Assembly (NCBI GenBank): GCA_038087875.1 | Contig: JAXLNO010000149.1 | Span: forward strand, 59,105 to 79,104 | Direction: 5' to 3' | Source of the DNA: Malacoraja senta | Lineage: Eukaryota | Length of the DNA stretch: 20,000 nt | Shown here: positions 1 through 9,823 of the stretch, piece by piece | Layout of the letters: every line of letters starts with the position of its first letter | Position numbering within the stretch: position 1 is the first letter of the stretch | Translations under genes and position numbers: made by a program | The notes under the pieces: model-generated | What the model was told of the DNA's origin: nothing | What the model saw: the letters and a program-made list of their open reading frames with translations, nothing else | Databases searched by the model: none

Positions 1-1008
1 TGGCTGATCATCCAATTCAGTATCCTGTACCTGCCTTCTCTCCATACCTCCTGATCCCTTTAGCCACAAAGACCACATCTAACTCCGTCTTAAATATAGC
101 TAATGAACTGGCCTCAACTACCCTCTGTGGCAGAGAATTCCACAGATTCTCCACTCTCTGTGTAAAAAATTATTTTCTCATCTCGGTCCTAAAAGACTTC
201 CCCGTTATCCTTAAACTGTAACCCCTTGTACTGGACTTCCCCAACATCGGGAATAATCTTCCTGCATCTAGCCTGTCCAACCCCTTAAGAATTTTGTAAG
301 TTTCTATAAGATAACCCGCCTCAATCTTCTAAATTCTAGCGAGTACAAGCCGAGTTTATCCAGTCTTTCTTCATATGAAAGTCCTGCCATCCCAGGAATC
401 AGTCTGGTGAACCTTCTCTGTACTCCCTTGATGGCAAGAATGTCTTTCCTCAGATTAGGAGACCAAAAGGTCTCACCAAGACCCTGTACAACTGCAGTAG
501 AACCTCCCTGCTCTTATACTCAAATCCTTTTGCTATGAATGCTAACATACCATTCGCTTTCTTCACTGCATGCTGCACCTGCATGTCTACTTTCAATGAC
601 TGGTGTACCATGACACCCAGGTCTCGTTGCATCTCCCCTTTTCCTAATCGGCCACCATTCAGATAAGTCTACTTTCCCGTTCTTGCCACCAAAGTGGATA
701 ACCTCACATTTATCCACATTACACTGCATCTGCCATGCATTTGCCCATATACCCAACCTATCCAAGTCACCTTGCAGCCTCCTAGCATCCTCCTCACAGC
801 TAACACTGCCCCCCAGCTTTGTGTCATCCGCGAACTTGGAGATGTTGCATTGAATTCCCTCATCCAGATCATTAATATATATTGTAAATAGCTGGGGTCC
901 CAGCACTGAGCCTTGCGGTACCCCACTAGTCACTGCCTGCCATTCTGAAAAGGACCCGTTTACTCCTACTCTTTGCTTCCTGTCTGCCAGCCAGTTCTCT
1001 ATCCACAT
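1..1008 (-). mobile_element. CR1-clade LINE, 5'-truncated fragment (RT C-terminal half + 3' UTR; 3' end runs off the window)
   Basis: ORF 520..1008 has [17 protein letters not shown] and [10 protein letters not shown] motifs. ORF 450..632 continues the RT/thumb in another frame. The 3' UTR matches 13074-13530. Frameshifted, with a small deletion near 470. Confidence 0.95.
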
Positions 1009-1138
1009 AGAGAATCTTTATATATCTTTCAATCTTTACATTTTCACAAAAGTAATTTCTGTTCCGTTGCCGGACGCGGTTAACGCGTTAAAATGAACGG
1101 ATCGACAGACAGACAGACAGCTCTGATTTGCGTTGCTG

Positions 1139-1144
1139 TTTATT
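1139..1144 (-). promoter_or_regulatory. poly(A) signal AATAAA of the TRIM/B30.2 gene (second AATAAA at 1176-1181)
   Basis: AATAAA on the minus strand ~170 nt after the B30.2 stop, followed ~20 nt downstream by a GU-rich (TGTC)n tract at ~1104-1120. Confidence 0.6.
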
Positions 1145-1313
1145 TCACTCTTCCCACATTTACATTCCCCCTGGTTTTATTTTCGCGCTCACTGGGGTTT
1201 GTTTCACGACGCGGAATTTGGGGATTAAATGGGAGGTGTTCGTTCAGCGCCGACCTGTTGTCCACCGGGTTTCTGCCCCACAGTCCCTGGCTGAGCACCA
1301 TTCCTGATGCCGG

Positions 1314-1858
1314 TCACAGGACCCGACCCATTGACACACCCGGTGCGGAACCGGAGCAGATTCTCAGCCAGTTTCCATCGGAAGACCCGAAGAAAGGATA
1401 AAGTTTCTCCGTGAATTTGTTCCCAGTGAAGGTGTGGAGTTGGCACTTGGTGTCCGCATCACAAAATGAAACTGTCCCGGACTCATAACTGAGATAAACT
1501 CCCACCTCCCGGGGATGGGAGGGGCGGGGAGAGGGGATGGAGGGGAGGTGAAGGCATTAAACTTGTCATCCCTCCGCCCGATGATCCAGACTCGTCTCCG
1601 GTCTCAGTGTGACCGGTCTCTTCCTCTCCACAGACTCTGCGGCGACTCCCAGACTCCAGCGCCGACTCCACACCACCTCCACCTCCCAGTAATGTCTCCC
1701 CGATGTGAATCCCTCCGATCCCAGCACACATGCATACACCGTAAACCTCTTCCCGGTGTCAGGGAGACCCCTACGAGTCCGGGTCCATCTCACCCTCTTC
1801 CGATCTTCAGAGACCTCGAGCTGCGCTTGCGCTGTTTCCACATCCAGGGTGACGGAGA
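1314..1858 (-). pseudogene. Terminal exon of a TRIM-family gene encoding a B30.2/PRY-SPRY domain (two frameshifts as written)
   Basis: Reads VSVTLDVETA..LEVSEDRKRVRW..KRF..CVLGSEGFTSGRHYWEVEV..WSLGVA, then VWIIGRRDDKFNAFTSPPSPLPAPPIPGR in a shifted frame, then VGVYLSYESGTVSF..LHTFT..FTEKLYPFF. The acceptor ctctgattctctgcttctccccccAG lies at 1860-1859 (phase 1). Stop TGA at 1316-1314. Confidence 0.92.
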
Positions 1859-1979
1859 CTGGGGGGAGAAGCAGAGAATCAGAGAGTCCCCGGGGGTCGG
1901 TGGAGGGGGGGGGGGGAGATACTCGGGCACATGCGAGCGGACAACTGATATCTTTCCCAGATTTTCTCAACTGGTCAGG

Positions 1980-2325
1980 ACAATAAACAATAGGTGCAGG
2001 AGTAGGCCATTCGGTCCTTCGAGCCAGCACCGCCCTTCACTCTGATCATGGCTGATCATCCACATTCAGTAGCCCATTCCTGCCCTCTCAATATATCCCC
2101 TGACTCCGCTATCTTTAAAAGCTCTATCTAACTCTCTCTTGTAAGCATCCAGAGAATTGGCCTCCACTGCCTTCTGAGACACAGAATTCCATAGATTCAC
2201 AACTTTCTGGGTGAAAAGGTTTTTCCTCATCTCCGCTATAAATTATGGCTCCTGGGTCTGGATGCCCCCAACATCGGGAACATGTTTCCTGCCTCTAGCT
2301 GGTCCAATCCCTTAATAATCTTACC
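1980..2325 (-). mobile_element. CR1-derived 3'-end fragment (ORF2 tail + 3' UTR + short tail repeat)
   Basis: taggtgcaggagtaggccattcgg...atcatggctgatcatcc is homologous to 13017-13350 and 1-290. Confidence 0.85.
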
Positions 2326-2657
2326 TTTGGTAATTTGAAGTTGTTAGAGAGGAGATAGAGGTGTGGGGTGGAGTCGCCATGATCACACTGAATGGGGGGA
2401 GACATGAGGGGCCAGATGACCTACCCATGTTACTTTGAATGGAGGGTGAGAGAGAGGAAGGGGTGGCTTGGACCATGGCAGGAAGGAGAGGTTGAATGAT
2501 CGGGTGTTAGACAGAATATGTGAGGCCCAGGGACCGTTGCAGGAGGACGAGCGGTGTCCGGGTGGTGAGAACATAAACGGCGCGGGGCTTTACTTTCCAG
2601 AGGCCCAGGGACCGTTGAACCAAAAACTGCAACGTTCCATTCAAGTTTCCTATAAGT

Positions 2658-2739
2658 GAGGAAGCAGCTGATTGGTGGAAGAGGACTAAGAGGAAGCAGC
2701 TGATTGGTGGAAGAGGACTAAGCGGAAGCAGCTGATTGG
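2658..2739 (+). repeat. 32-bp tandem repeat (2.5 copies) in CR1 5' UTR containing CAGCTG and ATTGG (reverse CCAAT)
   Basis: Unit gaggaagcagctgattggtggaagaggactaa at 2658 and 2690, partial at 2722. Copy 2 has only the partial unit (8861-8878). Confidence 0.9.
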
Positions 2740-2800
2740 GAGTCAGATCCCTGCTGATTTCCTCCACCAGTTTGTATTGTATCCAGGGTAAGGGGGGAGT

Positions 2801-3736
2801 ATGAGGGCCAGGGCAGTTTACTGTTCTGGATGTCAGATGTGGGAGGTCATGGAGTCTGATACCCCTCCAGACGTCCACATCTGTGCCAGGTGTGTCGAGA
2901 TGGGGTTCCTAAGGGACCGTGTTAGGAACCTGGAGCAGCAGCTCGATGACCTATGTCTGATCAGGGAGAGTGAGGAGGTCATAGAAAGGAGTTATAGGGA
3001 GGTGGTCACTCCAAGATCAAGGGAGGCGGACAAGTGCGTCACGGTTAGGAAGGGCAAGGGGCAGAGGCAGGGACTAGTGAGTACCCCGGTGGCTGTAAAC
3101 CTTGGCAATAAGTACTCCTGTTTGAGTACTGTTGGGGGGGACAGCCTTCCTGGGGGTAGCGACAGCGGCCGGGCCTCCGGCACAGAGACCGGCCCTATTG
3201 CTCAGAAGGGTAGGGAAAAGAAGAGGAGGGCAATAGTAATAGGGGACTCTATGGTTAGGGGGTCGGATAGGCGATTCTGTGGAAGCAGTCAGGAGACCCG
3301 GATGGTAGTTTGCCTCCCTGGTGCCAGGGTCAGGGATGTGTCTGAACGCGTCCAAGATATCCTGAAATCGGAGGGAGAGGAGCCTGAGGTTGTGGTACAT
3401 ATAGGTACCAATGACATAGGCAGAAAAAGAGAAGAGGTCCTGAAAGGAGAATTTAGGGAGTTGGGTGGAGAGTTAAGGAGAAGGACCGCAAAGGTAACAA
3501 TCTCAGGATTACTACCTGTGCCACGCGACAGTGAGAGTAGGAATGGAATGAGGTGGAGGATAAATGCGTGACTGAGGAACTGGTGCAGCGGGCAGGGATT
3601 CAAATTTCTGAATCATTGGGACCTCTTTTGGGGAAGGTGTGACCGGTACAGAAAGGACGGGTTGCACTTGAACCCGAGGGGGACCAATATCCTGGCGGGG
3701 AGATTTGCAAAGGCTACTGGGGAGACTTTAAACTAG
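2801..3736 (+). pseudogene. CR1 ORF1 (CX2CX16CX2C zinc finger, coiled coil, SGNH/GDSL esterase), ~311 aa, one premature TGA at 3569-3571
   Basis: Motifs CSGC..HICARC, LRDRVRNLEQQLDDL heptads, IVIGDSMVRG, LPGARV, HIGTND, and DGLHLN in frame after the TGA. Ends ETLN-TAG. Confidence 0.93.
3727..3733 (+). other. Candidate -1 ribosomal frameshift slippery site T_TTA_AAC at the ORF1/ORF2 junction (copy 1)
   Basis: ORF1 codons ACT TTA AAC TAG. ORF2 is in the -1 frame (TTT AAA CTA GAA CGG TTG). Same site in copy 2. Confidence 0.65.
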
Positions 3737-6628
3737 AACGGTTGGGGGGAGGGACTCAAATAGAGAAAGCTAGTAGAAAATGTGGGAGGCAGGAGGCAGA
3801 GAAGGGAAGCACTCAGACCCAAAATGTAGGGGAGAAAGAAGAAAAAGATAATAAACGGAGAATAAGTGGTGGTGGGTTTCTTAAATGTGTATATTTTAAT
3901 GCTAGGAGCATTGTAAGAAAGGTGGATGAGCTTAGACCCTGGATTGACACCTGGAAGTATGATGTTGTGGCGATCAGTGAAACATGGTTGCAGGAGGGCT
4001 GTGATTGGAAACTAAATATTCCAGGATTTCGTTGCTTCAGGGGAGATAGAATTGGAGGGGCAAGAGGTGGGGGTGTTGCATTGCTTGTCAAGGAAGATAT
4101 TACAGCAATGCTTTGGCAGGATAGATTAGAGGGCTCGTCTAGGAAGGCTATTTGGGTGGAACTGAGAAATGGGAAAGGTGTAGCAACACTTATGTGTATA
4201 ATAGACCGCCAAATGGGGAGCGAGAATTGGAAGAGCAAATATGTAAGTAGATAGCAGATATTAGTAGTAAGCACAAGGTAGTGATTGTGGGATATTTCAT
4301 TTTTCCACACATAGACTGGGAAACACATTCTGTAAAAGGGCTGGATGGTTTGGAGTTTGTAAAATGTATGCAGGATAGTTTTTTGCAGCAATACATAGAG
4401 GTACCTACTAGAGAAGGGGCAGTGCTGGACCTCCTGTTAGGAAACGAGACAGGGCAGGTGGCGGAGGTATGTGTCAGGGAGCACCGGGTCCAGTGATCAC
4501 AATACCATTAGTTTCAATATAATTATGGAGAGGGTCAGACCTGGACCTAGGGTTGAGATTTTTGATCGGAGAAAGGCTAACTTTGAGGAGAAGCGAAAGG
4601 ATTTAAAAGGAGTGAATTGGGACATGTTGTTTTATGGGATGGATGTAGAAGAGAAATGGAGGACATTTAAAGGTGACATTTTAAGAGTACAGAATCTTTA
4701 TGTCCCTGTTCGGTTGAAAGGAAATAGTAAAAATTGGAAAGAGCCATGGTTTTCAAGGGAAATTGGACACTTGGTTTGGAAAAAGAGAGAGATCTACAAT
4801 AATTACAGGCAGCATGGAGTAAATGAGGTGCTTGAGGAGTATAAAGAATGTAAAAAGAATATTAAGAAAGAATTTAGAAAAGCTAAAAGAAGATATGAGG
4901 TTGCTTTGGCAAGTAATGTGAAAGTAAATACAAAGGGTTTCTACACCTATATTAATAGCAAAAGGATAACAAGGAATAAAATTGGTCCATTAGAGAGTCA
5001 GAGTGGACAGCTATCTGCAGAGCCAAAAGAGATGGGGGAGATATTGAACAATTTCTTTTCTTTGGTATTCACCAAGGAGAAGGATATGGAATTATGTGAG
5101 GTAAGGGAAACAAGCAGAGTAGCAATGGAAACTATGAAATTCAAAGAAGAGGAGGTGCGGACACTTTTGAAAAATATGAAAATGGATGTCTCCAGGTCCT
5201 GACAGGATATTCCCTAGGACATTGAGGGAAGTTAGTGTAGAAATAGCAGGAGCTATGACAGAAATATTTCAAATGTCATTAGAAACGGGAATAGTGCCGG
5301 AGGATTGGCATACTGCGCATGTTGTTCCATTGTTTAAAAAGGGTTCTAAGAGTAAACCTAGCAATTATAGACCTGTTAGTTTGACGTCAGTAGTGGGCAA
5401 ATTAATGGAAAGGATACTTAAAGATAATATATATAAGCATCTGGATAAGCAGGGTCTGATTAGGAACAGTCAACATGGATTTGTGCCTGGAAGGTCATGT
5501 TTGATTAATCTTCTTGAATTTTTCGAAGAGGTTACTAGGGAAATTGATGAGGGTAAAGCAGTGGATGTTGTCTGTATGGACTTCAGTAAGGCCTTTGACA
5601 AGGTTCCTCATGGAAGGTTGGTTAAGAAGATTCAATTGTTGGGTATTAATGGTGGAGTAGCAAGATGGATTCAACAGTGGCTGAATGGGAGATGCCAGAG
5701 AGTAATGGTGGATGGCTGTTTGTCAGGTTGGAGGCCGGTGACTAGTGGGGTGCCTCAGGGGTCTGTGTTGGGTCCACTGTTGTTTGTCATGTACATCAAT
5801 GATCTGGATGATGGTGTGGAAAATTGGATTAGTAAGTATGCAGATGATACTAAGATAGGTGGTGTTGTGGATAATGAAGTAGATTTTCAAAGTCTACAGA
5901 GAGATTTAGGCCATTTGGAAGAGTGGGCTAAAAGATGGCAGATGGAGTTTAATGCTGATAAATGTGAGGTGGTACATCTCGGCAGGACAAATCAAAATAG
6001 GACGTACATGGTAAATGGTAGCGAATTGAGGAATGCAGTTGAACAGAGGGATCTACGAATAACTGTGCATAGTTCCCTGAAGGTGGAATCTCATGTAGAT
6101 AGGGAGGTAAAGAAAGCTTTTGGTGTGCTGGCCTTTATAAATCAGAGCATTGAATATAGAAGTTGGGATGTAATGTTAAAATTGTACAAGGCATTGGTGA
6201 GGCCAATTCTGGAGTATGGAGTACAATTTTGGTCGCCGAATTATAGGAAGGATGTCAACAAAATAGAGAGAGTACAGAGGAGATTTACTAGAATGTTGCC
6301 TGGGTTTCAGCAACTAAGTTACAGAGAAAGGTTGAACAAGTTAGGTCTTTATTCTTTGGAGCGCAGAAGGTTAAGAGGGGACTTGATAGACGTCTTTAAA
6401 ATAATGAGCGGGTTAGACAGAGTGGATGCGGATAAGCTTTTCCCATTGAGAGTAGGGAAGATTCAAACAAGGGGACATGACTTGAGAAATAAAGGACAGA
6501 AGTTTAGGGGTAATATTAGGGGGAACTTCTTTACTCAGAGATTGGTAGCTGTGTGGAATGAGCTCCCAGTGGAAGTGGTGGAGGCAGGTTCGATTTTATC
6601 CTTTAAAAATAGATTGGATGGGTATATG
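3733..6628 (+). pseudogene. CR1 ORF2 (APE endonuclease + reverse transcriptase), disrupted
   Basis: APE motifs YFNARS, ISETWL, GGGVALLV and SDHN. RT motifs [30 protein letters not shown] and YADD. Frameshifts near 4193, 4485 and 5188 and a nearby stop, relative to copies 2 and 3. Confidence 0.95.
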
Positions 6629-7225
6629 TTCCGCATGTAAGGCTGGTCCAGAAAGTGAAGGCAGGTGGGATGGAAGGCGAGCTGGTAAAATGGATCCAAA
6701 ATTGGCTTGGTGGTTGGAGGTAGAAGTTAGCGGTAGAAGGATGATTTTTCTGCTTGGAGGTCTGTGTGGTGGAGTGCAGCAGAGATCGGTGCTGCAACCT
6801 TTGCTGTTTATGTTATATTTTCATGGATTGGACGTGAATGTAGGAGGTGTGATTAGTAAGTCTGTTGAGGATGCAGAAATTGTGGATAGCGGGGAAGGTT
6901 GTCAAAGTCTGCAGCAGGATATCGGGTAGATTATCAAAATCGTATTCGCATGCAGGGATATCAGAGCAAGAGAGTGCATGTTTATCATGAGAGCAAGGAA
7001 TTTTAAAGTGGATCTGAGTTGGAAGTTTTCATTACACTGAGAGTGGGTGATATCTGGAACATGCTACAGAGGAGGTGGTGGACTGAGATACAATCACTAT
7101 ATTTGAGGCACTTAAATACATGAGGTGCAGAAGAATACCGATGTAATGTTTCAAATCGATTAGTATATCTGGGGAAAAGGTGGACATGGAGATGATGGGC
7201 CAAAGGGCCTGATTCTGTAATGTAC
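6629..7225 (+). mobile_element. Old, degenerate CR1 fragment (RT to 3' UTR with internal deletions)
   Basis: VPHVRLVQKV-like and GVQQRSVLQPLLFMLY..DV..GVISKSVED..CQSLQQDI remnants, and a gggccaaagggcct 3'-UTR motif at ~7197-7210. Confidence 0.75.
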
Positions 7226-7229
7226 AACC

Positions 7230-7870
7230 ATGGCTCTCGGCTCCAAGAGCACTGAATGACTGAGTCTCCACAGCCACCGTTGCACGGAATTCCAAAGGTT
7301 CCCCGGTCTCTGCGTGGAGTAATGTCTCCTTATCTCTGTCCTACATGGTGCAGCCCAGATTCGAAGAGGGTGCCCATTCTCCAGACCCCTCAGACAGGGG
7401 AAATATCATCCCTGCATCCAGCCCACTGAACCCTGTAAGAATTTTGTGTTTCACTGAGATCTCCTCCTATACACCCAAACTCTCGATTACACAAGCCTAG
7501 TCTACTCAATCTCACCCCGTACAGCAAACTCATTGTCCCAGGAACAAGTATTGTTAATCTTTGCTGCGTTTCCTCTGTGTCAAGTATGTCGATTTATCGG
7601 TACATAGGAGCATACATAGGAACACAAGAAAACAGGAGCAGGATTAGGATCGGCTCCTCAGGCTTGCCCCTCCATTCAGTGTGATCATGGCTGATCTAAG
7701 CTGGCACCAATTCCTCTTCTGTGTGAGTTCCCCATAATCTTAATTTTCCCTGTATCAAATATTTATTTTTCGCCAAGTTGCAGATATCCAATAACTCAGC
7801 TTTTCACCACCATCTTGGGCACCACATTCCAGATATTCACTGCCCTCTGAGAGATGTAATTTCTACACAT
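7230..7870 (-). mobile_element. Degenerate CR1 ORF2-end/3'-UTR fragments (at least two pieces)
   Basis: cctgcatccagccc..aaccctgtaagaattttg (7411-7447) and ccattcagtgtgatcatggctgatc (7672-7696) match the minus-strand CR1 3' ends elsewhere in the window. Confidence 0.65.
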
Positions 7871-7874
7871 GAGA

Positions 7875-8600
7875 GGTTTCTCTGGAAGGTTGGATCTCAT
7901 GGAATCCGGGGTGAACTAGCCGAAGGAATACAACATTTACCTGAAGGTCGCAGACAGAGGATGTTGGTAGAGGGTCATTTTTCAGACTGGAGACAGAGTC
8001 CACTGTTGTCCCTTATTTATATACACGATTGGGTGTGTATGTAGGTTGCACCGTTAGTGAGTTTGCAGATGGAACTAAAATTGGTGACATTGTGGAGAGT
8101 GAAGAAAGTTATCTGAGAGTAAATGGGATCCCTGTGAACTGGGCCAATGGGCTCAGGAACGGCAGGTGGGATTTATTCATGTGAAGGTGAGGTGATGCAC
8201 TTTGCTGAGACAAACCAGGGCAGGACATACACAGTAAAAAGGGGACTTTATAGAACTGAGAGATCTCGGGCTGCAGGTACACAGTGACTTGGAAGATGCA
8301 ACAGTGACAGGAAGGGTGGTGAAGAATGTGTTTGCCACTCATGCTTTCATATGTCAGGATATTAAATACAGCGTTTGACACAATAAAGTTGTTACCAAGT
8401 TAGAGAGGGTGCTAAAGAATTTACAGTAATTTCATCAGGTCTGAAGAGCTGGGTTATAAGGAGACATTGGCCGGGCAAGGATATTTTTCTTTAGAGCGCA
8501 ACAGAATGCTTTTATAGATGTGTATAAGATCTATATAAGGTGCACAGATAAGGTGAATAGGTGCAGTATTTTACCCAAGGCAGGAGAGTCTAAACCTCTG
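7875..8600 (+). mobile_element. Old, degenerate CR1 RT fragment
   Basis: KVGSHGIRGELAEGIQH..RRQRMLVEG.FSDWR, gagtttgcagatggaactaaaattggt (FAD.TKIG-like) and downstream thumb-region remnants. Confidence 0.7.
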
Positions 8601-8939
8601 ACTCTGTGATGCTTCCCAGCTGATGAGTTTAGTGGTAGATCAAATTTCCCTTCAGTCCACAATAGAATTAATCTTTGCATCTAGGTATAGCTTAAAGATG
8701 TATAGGAATGAACTGCTGGTTTAAACCGAAGATAGACCGTTGCAGGAGGAGGAGCGGCATCCGGGTGGTGAGAACATAAACGGCGCGGGGCTTTGCTTTC
8801 CAGAGGCCCAGGGACCTTTGAACCAAAAACTGCAACGTTCCATTCAAGTTTCCAATAAGTGAGGAAGCAGCTGATTGGGAGTCAGATCCCTGCTGATTTC
8901 CTCCACCAGTTTGTATTGTATCCAGGGTAAGGGGGGAGT

Positions 8940-9823
8940 ATGAGGGCCAGGGCAGTTGACTGTTCTGGATGTCAGATGTGGGAGGTCATGGAGTCTGATA
9001 CCCCTCCAGACATCCACATCTGTGCCAGGTGTGTCGAGATGGGGTTCCTAAGGGACCGTGTTAGGAACCTGGAGCGGCAGCTCGATGACCTCTGTCTGAT
9101 CAGGGAGAGTGAGGAGGTCATAGAAAGGAGTTATAGGGAGGTGGTCACTCCAAGACCACGGGAGGCGGACAAGTCGGTCACGGTTACGAAGGGCAAGGGG
9201 CAGTGGCAGGGACTAGTGAGTACCCCGGTGGCTGTACACCTTGAAAATAAGTACTCCTGTTTGAGTACTGTTGGGGGGAACGCCTTCATGGGGGTAGCGA
9301 CAGGGGCCGGGCCTCCGGCACAGAGACCGGCCCTGTTGCTCAGAAGTGTAGGGAAAAGAAGAGGAGGGCAATAGTAATAGGGGACTCTATGGTTAGGGGG
9401 TCAGACAGGCGATTCTGTGGACGCAGTCAGGAGACCCGGATGGTAGTTTACCTCCCTGGTGCCAGGGTCAGGGATGTGTCTGAACGCGTCCAAGATATCC
9501 TGAAATCGGAGGGAGAGGAGCCTGAGGTTGTGGTACATATAGGTACCAATGACATAGGCAGAAAAAGAGAAGATGTCCTGAAAGGAGAATTTAGGGAGTT
9601 GGGTGGAGAGTTAAGGAGAAGGACCGCAAAGGTAACAATCTCAGGATTACTACCTGTGCTGAGGAACTGGTGCAGTGGGCAGGGATTCAAATTTCTGGAT
9701 CATTGGGACCTCTTTTGGGGAAGGTGTGACCTGTACAGAAAGGACGGGTTGCACTTGAACGCAAGGGGGACCAATATCCTGGCGGGGACATTTGCAAAGG
9801 CTACTAGGGAGACTTTAAACTAG
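8940..9823 (+). pseudogene. CR1 ORF1 copy 2 (Zn finger + esterase), frameshift near 9280 and 51-nt in-frame deletion near 9658
   Basis: ORFs 8940..9374 and 9389..9823 align to copy 1 ORF1. GDS, GTND and DGLH are retained. Confidence 0.93.
9814..9820 (+). other. Candidate -1 frameshift slippery site T_TTA_AAC (copy 2)
   Basis: gag ACT TTA AAC TAG. The -1 frame is open only from 9808 (upstream TAG at 9805-9807). Confidence 0.65.

Larger units (their letters stand above)
2522..6628 (+). mobile_element. Young CR1-clade LINE copy 1 (5' UTR, ORF1, ORF2; 3' end missing)
   Basis: Collinear and nearly identical to copy 2 (8738-12871). Similarity stops abruptly after gggtatatg at ~6629. Confidence 0.95.

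Noticed and set aside
460..475. Hairpin GAGACC-AAAA-GGTCTC resembling a terminator or MITE end
   Set aside because: Explained by a small internal deletion in the CR1 fragment that juxtaposes two native motifs.
1080..1091. 12-bp palindrome TTAACGCGTTAA
   Set aside because: Isolated and short, with no associated structure. Could be chance.
1515..2045. 176-aa plus-strand ORF and other ORFs overlapping the B30.2 exon
   Set aside because: GC-rich antisense or alternative-frame shadows of the SPRY exon.
2784..2792. Splice-donor-like AGG|GTAAGG just upstream of the ORF1 ATG as a route to ORF2 expression
   Set aside because: No convincing acceptor or in-frame AUG was found near the ORF2 start. Kept only as an alternative to test.
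3569..3574. Programmed stop-codon readthrough at TGA-CTG in ORF1
   Set aside because: More simply a TGG-to-TGA mutation (INAWLRNW). The region is deleted in copy 2, so there is no support for conservation.
3074..4396. Antisense ORFs over the CR1 copies (e.g. 3813..4391, 9843..10178, 17532..17834)
   Set aside because: Shadow ORFs of purine-rich coding strands. They recur only because the element is repeated, and show no recognisable domains.
8620..8626. CTGATGA hammerhead/C-box-like motif
   Set aside because: No stem II plus GAAA box or D-box partner at suitable spacing.
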